From the NCBI RefSeq assembly GCF_018977255.1, contig NW_024705481.1:1-40942 (forward strand): DNA of 40,942 nt, read 5' to 3'. The notes beneath the pieces are model-generated. The model was not told where the DNA came from. It saw only the letters and a list, made by a program, of their open reading frames with translations, and searched no databases. Position numbers and translations under genes: made by a program. Source of the stretch: Callorhinchus milii. Lineage: Eukaryota. Positions within the stretch are counted from its first letter, which is position 1; every line of letters begins with the position of its first letter. Of the stretch, positions 35,777 to 40,942 are shown one piece after another.

Positions 35777-36032
35777 TAGTTTTTTCTTATTTTTTATTTT
35801 CTTTGAACCTATCTACGTGACTTTACCGAAAAAAACAATAATATAACCGTTTTAATATTTATACATGATTAATAATGTTTACATTTCATTCCATTAAATC
35901 AATCTTTTTTAAAATTTTACCAGGTAAAGGCCCACTGAGCAATGGTATATAGCTATTTTTCAGAAGCGACCTGGCCACAGGTGATAGCTCAACCAACACA
36001 GAAAGTCAAGAACAAAGAACACGTTTAAACAA

Positions 36033-36038
36033 TTTATT
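36033..36038 (-). promoter_or_regulatory. Candidate PADI polyadenylation signal
   Basis: Minus-strand AATAAA followed by a GT/T-rich tract (gtgttctttgttcttg). A more proximal AATAAA lies at 36961-36966. Confidence 0.4.
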
Positions 36039-37318
36039 GAAAACGGTGCAACATCAATCAAACACCAATATTTTAACCACATCAATTTGCAGTGACAATT
36101 AATAAAATATTAAAGAGAAGTACACCTGGAAATGAGGCACTTCTCATAAATGTACTACTGATTTTGGTCCATGGAAGTTACATTAAAAAGCAAAGCGAAT
36201 CACGTGACTTGGTGGCCTGTGGTCGAACCTGGCGCCAACGTCTTTTCGATGCCGAGACGCGTACAAGAGAAGTATTTTGAAACAATGTCCCCTGTAAACC
36301 GGAGTACATTCGCAGTCGGATATTGTCAAGAAATTCTCCTCGCATTTTATTCAAGCTAAATTCCCAACTCTGAAAGTTTGACGCTCATGCAATGAACATT
36401 AAGTCTCACGTGGCAGAGCGGGTGGGAAAATTCCTCCCTCTGACGTGTGGAGCCAGAGGTCACTTCCAGCTGTCTCAGAGGTAGCGCTGCCATATCCTCT
36501 TCAGTGAGCCATACCATAACACAAGGGGGGGTTGGCTGCACTGCTGAATGAGACATCCCAATGGATACTTCATCTCAGACATGATGCAAACAGGGCGATT
36601 GGGATAAAATTGTGTAAAGTTTAAAAGCCATATAAAACTATTCTTCACATGAATCTAAATCATTGTTGCCACGGCCAATTAGAGTGATGCACACTCGTTA
36701 CATGTTTTTCTAATTTAAACTTTTCTTATCCAATGAAAAACTGGGTGCCAGAGTTAAGTTGATCCTAGGGGCTCTAGTTATCCTTCGATCTCAAAGGACT
36801 CGCAAGTAAATTGGGGGATGAATAGGCCTGCATAGGCATGAACATCATACCAGCCACAGTTTTCTTAAATGCCTTTCCCTACACAATGTTTGCAATGATT
36901 AGGCAAAAGTCTGCAGCAAGAATTACATGGCTTAGATAACACCCTTAGACAAGCCTACTATTTATTTTAAGTCCTTAAGAGCTGGCACGAGTTACCTGCC
37001 TGAAATAATCAAATCACCATACATGATTACAGCCTGGATGAATACTCACAAGACAGTTGCCTGAATTGAGCCCAAAATCTCATGCTTCTTTCCACTGCAA
37101 CCAGCTGAGCAAGCTATGCCGGGGGTTGTGCCAAGCCAGCCCTGGTGGGACTCGGGAGGTGCTGGGTTGCTTTTCCACTGCACACACAACAGCCAGTAGG
37201 AAAACCAACCACCTGTACCATGCGGGCCTCGCACTGGCTTGGCTCGGACGAGCCAGCGGAGGACGGGCCATCGGCACGACGTGGGCTGTCGTCTTCACGC
37301 CCAGGGGCTTGACGGGTC

Positions 37319-37558
37319 TCACAGGAGGCCCACGTCCCACCAGCGGACGCCGGCGAAGGGTGAGCGGCGAGTGTTGGAGCCGCAGTGCACCTCGCCCAGA
37401 TTGAGGTGGTAGGTCTTCAGGTCGTCGACGAAGTGGCAGGCGAGGCCCAGGGGCTCGAGCAGGGAGCGCACGTGGCTCTCCAGTGGGCACTGCCCGTCCA
37501 CGTGCGGCCAGAACGGCTTTGGGATGCCCAGCTGCTTGTTGAGCACCACCATGTTCAC
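37319..37558 (-). CDS. PADI2: Peptidyl-arginine deiminase (PADI2-like), last coding exon with catalytic Cys
   Basis: ag|GTG acceptor. Translates [85 protein letters not shown] is the PAD catalytic motif. Confidence 0.93.
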   Translation of the reverse strand: MNMVVLNKQLGIPKPFWPHVDGQCPLESHVRSLLEPLGLACHFVDDLKTYHLNLGEVHCGSNTRRSPFAGVRWWDVGLL

Positions 37559-38420
37559 CTGGGCCACGGGATGGCACGGGGGACGCGAGGAACACGGCGG
37601 GGAGAAATTAATAAGCCTGCGTTTTAACGATGATATAAGGAATAATATACTATTTTGCAGAGGTATTCGGCAGTCAGTTGTAGAGCATTCCAAGTTGATC
37701 GTAGAGAAGGAGTGGGGCAGTTTAGGGTACAGTATACAAAGTATGTATGTACGGTCAACTTCTTTCGCACCGTACGTAGCCAACAGTGCTAATGGGAGGT
37801 GCGGGTAAGGACGACAAACTAAACACAACAACGAGCAGTTCTAAGGACATGAGTTTCCAGTGGCTAAAGTTATCATAGCAACTCCTCTCCCGCAGCCCAT
37901 CCTGGCTCCTCCCCCCTCAACCAGTATATATACAAGGTCGGGTCTCTTGGGATTTCTCTTTACTTGATACAGCTGTCGTGGCTGTGACGGTTCCACCTGA
38001 AGACGGCAGCTTGTGATACAGCGCAAGCACAATGCGATCACAGTGGTGGATGGTGAATGTTTACAACTGAGACTGCCACTAGTGTGACCACTTGGCAGCG
38101 TCCTGAAACAAACAGATCTAAGAGAAGGACACGGCAAGATACCGGATGGCTATCGTAAACACACTTCGGATATGCAAAGGAAGATTTATATCGCCATTTA
38201 TAACAGATGCCGGTTTAATAGAGCATTCCGGATGGTAAAGTGCCAGATAAATAATAATAAAAAATGAAGCTTCAAATTTCAATGGTCCTCAAACTATCTG
38301 TGATGGACAGGTCGCTCCTGAAAAAGAGCTATATAGATCAGTGGGCCTTACCTGGTAAAATAAAAAAAATAGTTAAACAATTAAAGAGTGGAGCTTTTGT
38401 AACAGAGCGGCCACACGCAC

Positions 38421-38546
38421 CACGTCGGGGAAGTAGGCCTCGGCCTTGCTCTTGTTGAGGAGGAAGAGCACGGGGAGGTCGATGATGTCCGCCTCCTCCA
38501 GGCCCAGCTCCCTCTTGAGCACGTCGCGGTTCCAGTCGATGCAGCG
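38421..38546 (-). CDS. PADI2: PADI penultimate exon ([42 protein letters not shown])
   Basis: cag|CGC and GTG|gtgcgt on the minus strand; 126 nt, phase 0-0; CIDWNR..LKRELGL is diagnostic for PADs. This frame is not in the ORF track. Confidence 0.93.
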
Positions 38547-39286
38547 CTGCCACCACAGTCGTTGCCATTAATACGCGCGTGTACGTGTGTGTGCGCGCGC
38601 GTGTGTGTGCATTTCTTCACAGGTGCTCGCTAACAGCACTTGTCCCAAAAGTCTGTCAAGGCTATACAGGGGATCTGTGTCTTTGTACCTTACAAAATTG
38701 GCCCGTGATTTTTGGCGATTTAAGTGGCGATTTACGTAAAAAAAAATTATATGCATGTAGTATTAAAATAACGAACGATTAAAAAAAAGTAACATTCAAA
38801 GCCATCAATTAGGGCTGCCTTTGGCCTTAAGGAAACAATAGGCTTTTGCTCATGAAACGGATATACGGTGAAGTCCTCGCTTAACGCGTGTTCACACAGC
38901 ACGCGTTCCTCGCTACGAGACTTTCTTCTGCGAGTGAACAATCTCACACACAAGCGGAACGTGCCATGCAACAATGCTGGACGCACCCCAATATAAGGTG
39001 GTTCCTGAGCGGTCGACGACGAACTACTTTCTTGAGCCGCGCGACTAAGCGGTATGATACAGTAACGCGGAATGATACAGTAACGCGACGGCGTGCCCTC
39101 ATATCAGTTGTATGTCCTACCATCGGATGAGTTCATTCAGCAAACGTGATTCAGTCTGTTAATTCCTCGCTTAATGCATTTACACTGAACGCAGCACTTT
39201 TCAGGAACGCATCTACCGTGTAATTCCTGAACACGAATGAATCCCACCCCCTGCATGAAGGAGGTGTTTGGAGGACACCCTCAAAT

Positions 39287-40590
39287 CGTGTGTGTGTGGT
39301 TATCTATGGGTATCAGTGTGTGTGTGTGTGGTTATCTATGGTTATCATTGTGTGTGTGGTTATCTATGGGTATCAGTGTGTGTGTATGTGGTTATCTCTG
39401 GTTATCATTGTGTGTGTGTGGTTATCTCTGGTATCAGTGTGTGTGTGTGTGTGTGGTTATCTCTGGGTACCAGTGTGTGTGTGTGTGGTTATATCTGGGT
39501 CTCAGTGTGTGTGTGGTTATGTCTGGTTATCAGTGTGTTGTGTGTGTGGTTATCTCTGGTATAGTGTGTGTGTGTGGTTATATCTGGGTCCAGTGTGTGT
39601 GTGGTTATATCTGGTTCATTTTGTGTGTGTGTGCGGTTATCTCTGGGTAGCAGTGTGTGTGTGTGGTTATCTCTGGGTATCAGTGTGTGTGTGGTTATCT
39701 CTGGGTAGCAGTGTGTGTGTGGTTATCTCTGGGTACCAGTGTGTGTGTGTGTGGTTATCTCTGGTAGCAGTGTGTGTGTGGTTATCTCTGGGTACCAGTG
39801 TGTGTGTGTGGTTATATCTGGGTCTCAGTGTGTATGTGGTTATCTCTGGGTATCAGTGTGTGTGTGGTTATCTCTGGGTACCAGTGTGTGTGTGGTTATA
39901 TCTAGGTATCAGTGTGTGTGTGGTTATATCTGGGTGTGGTTATCTCTGGTACCAGTGTGTGTGTGTGGTTATATCTGGGTCTCAGTGTGTGTGTGGTTAT
40001 CTCTGGGTACCAGTGTGTGTGTGTGGTTATCTATGAGTACCAGTGTGTGTGTGGTTATCTCTGGGTAGCAGTGTGTGTGTGTGGTTATCTCTGGGTACCA
40101 GTGTGTGTGTGTGTGGTTATCTCTGGGTGGTACCCAGTGTGTGTGTGTGTGTGTGGTTATCTCTGGGTATCAGTCAGTATGTGTGTGTGGTTATCTCTGG
40201 GTATGCAGTGTGTGTGTGTCGTTATCTCTGGGTACCAGTGTGTGTGTGGTTATCTCTGGATATCAGTGTGTGTGTGTGGTTATCTCTGGGCATAAGTGTG
40301 TGTGGTTATCTCTGGGTATAAGTGTGGTGTGTGTGTGTGTGGTTATCTCTGGGTACCAGTGTGTGTGTGTGTGGTTATCTCTGGATATCAGTGTGTGTGT
40401 GTGGTTATCTCTGGGTACAAGTGTGTGTGGTTATCTCTGGGTATAAGTGTGTGTGTGTGTGGTTATCTCTGGGTATCAGTGTGTGTGTGTGTGGTTATAT
40501 CTGGGTTTCAGTATGTGTGTGGTTATCTCTGGGTATCAGTGTGTGTGTGGTTATCTCTGAGTTATCAGTGTGTGGTTATCTCTGGGTATC
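39287..40590. repeat. Minisatellite in PADI intron: GGTTATCTCTGGGTA(C/T)CA alternating with (GT)n
   Basis: Directly visible array of ~25-30 bp units; source of all the Cys/Val ORFs. Confidence 0.95.
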
Positions 40591-40626
40591 GGTGAGAACA
40601 GGTCCACCTCTGGGTGAGTACTGTAC

Positions 40627-40709
40627 CTGTACATATGCATTTTCAGTCGTGATGTTTTTGTCATCGACGATGTCCTGAATCTTCAGCTTGCGCTTCAAGG
40701 ATGAGACAA
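40627..40709 (-). CDS. PADI2: PADI third-last exon (VSSLKRKLKIQDIVDDKNITTENAYVQ)
   Basis: cacag|TT and CAG|gtacag on the minus strand; 83 nt, phase 1-0; resembles the short PAD exon ending EN.Y.Q just before CIDWNR. Confidence 0.8.
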
Positions 40710-40942
40710 CTGTGGGGGGATCATGGATGGGAAGAGGGCGATCGCGATAGAGGAGATGGGGAGGACAGAGGATAGGTTTTATTGCTTACAGCATTGACTG
40801 CAACTAGAATTACTGCCTGTTGTAACTACAACTAGCAGTAACTTACTCTTCCTCCCTGATGATGCTAGTTGTAATTACTGGAAACGTCATACTCAGATTG
40901 TAAATGTTGTGGATTGGCTCTCCAACACACCGGTGTGCTGCG

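Noticed and set aside
37994..38015. Functional hammerhead in the last PADI intron
   Set aside because: Truncated within the stem II loop (no GAAA or cleavage site) and antisense to PADI.
39237..40678. Cys/Val/Trp-rich ORFs up to 248 aa; CRISPR-like regularity
   Set aside because: Intronic minisatellite; the 'spacers' are only (GT)n, the context is eukaryotic and there are no cas genes.

Overview
Eukaryotic (vertebrate) genomic DNA, most likely lamprey; this is inferred from the TLR14-like receptor, GC-rich exons and V-SINE/Tc1/Penelope repeat content, not proven. Three genes are present. (1) Seven + strand exons (595-19324) of a TRPV5/6-type Ca2+ channel gene, running from the ankyrin repeats to the S4-S5 linker. 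They carry three frame disruptions, the first two of which cancel out, and I found no pore or C-terminal exons afterwards. (2) An intact single-exon 813-aa Toll-like receptor of the TLR1/2/14 family (28064-30505, +). (3) The last three exons of a peptidyl-arginine deiminase (PADI, - strand) with the catalytic Cys. The rest is repeat-rich: a decayed Penelope-like element (RT + GIY-YIG), an internally deleted hAT transposon, a Tc1 end, Harbinger and other MITEs, solo LTRs, SINEs, L2/RTE ends, minisatellites and a 1.6-kb tandem duplication. The most notable non-coding signal is a dispersed family of minimal type-I hammerhead ribozyme motifs (CTGANGA-stem II-GAAACGTC) with covarying stems. It includes a ~245-bp palindrome carrying a ribozyme on each strand and a tandem pair about 227 nt apart. 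All calls were made by eye without alignment tools; repeat boundaries are approximate.
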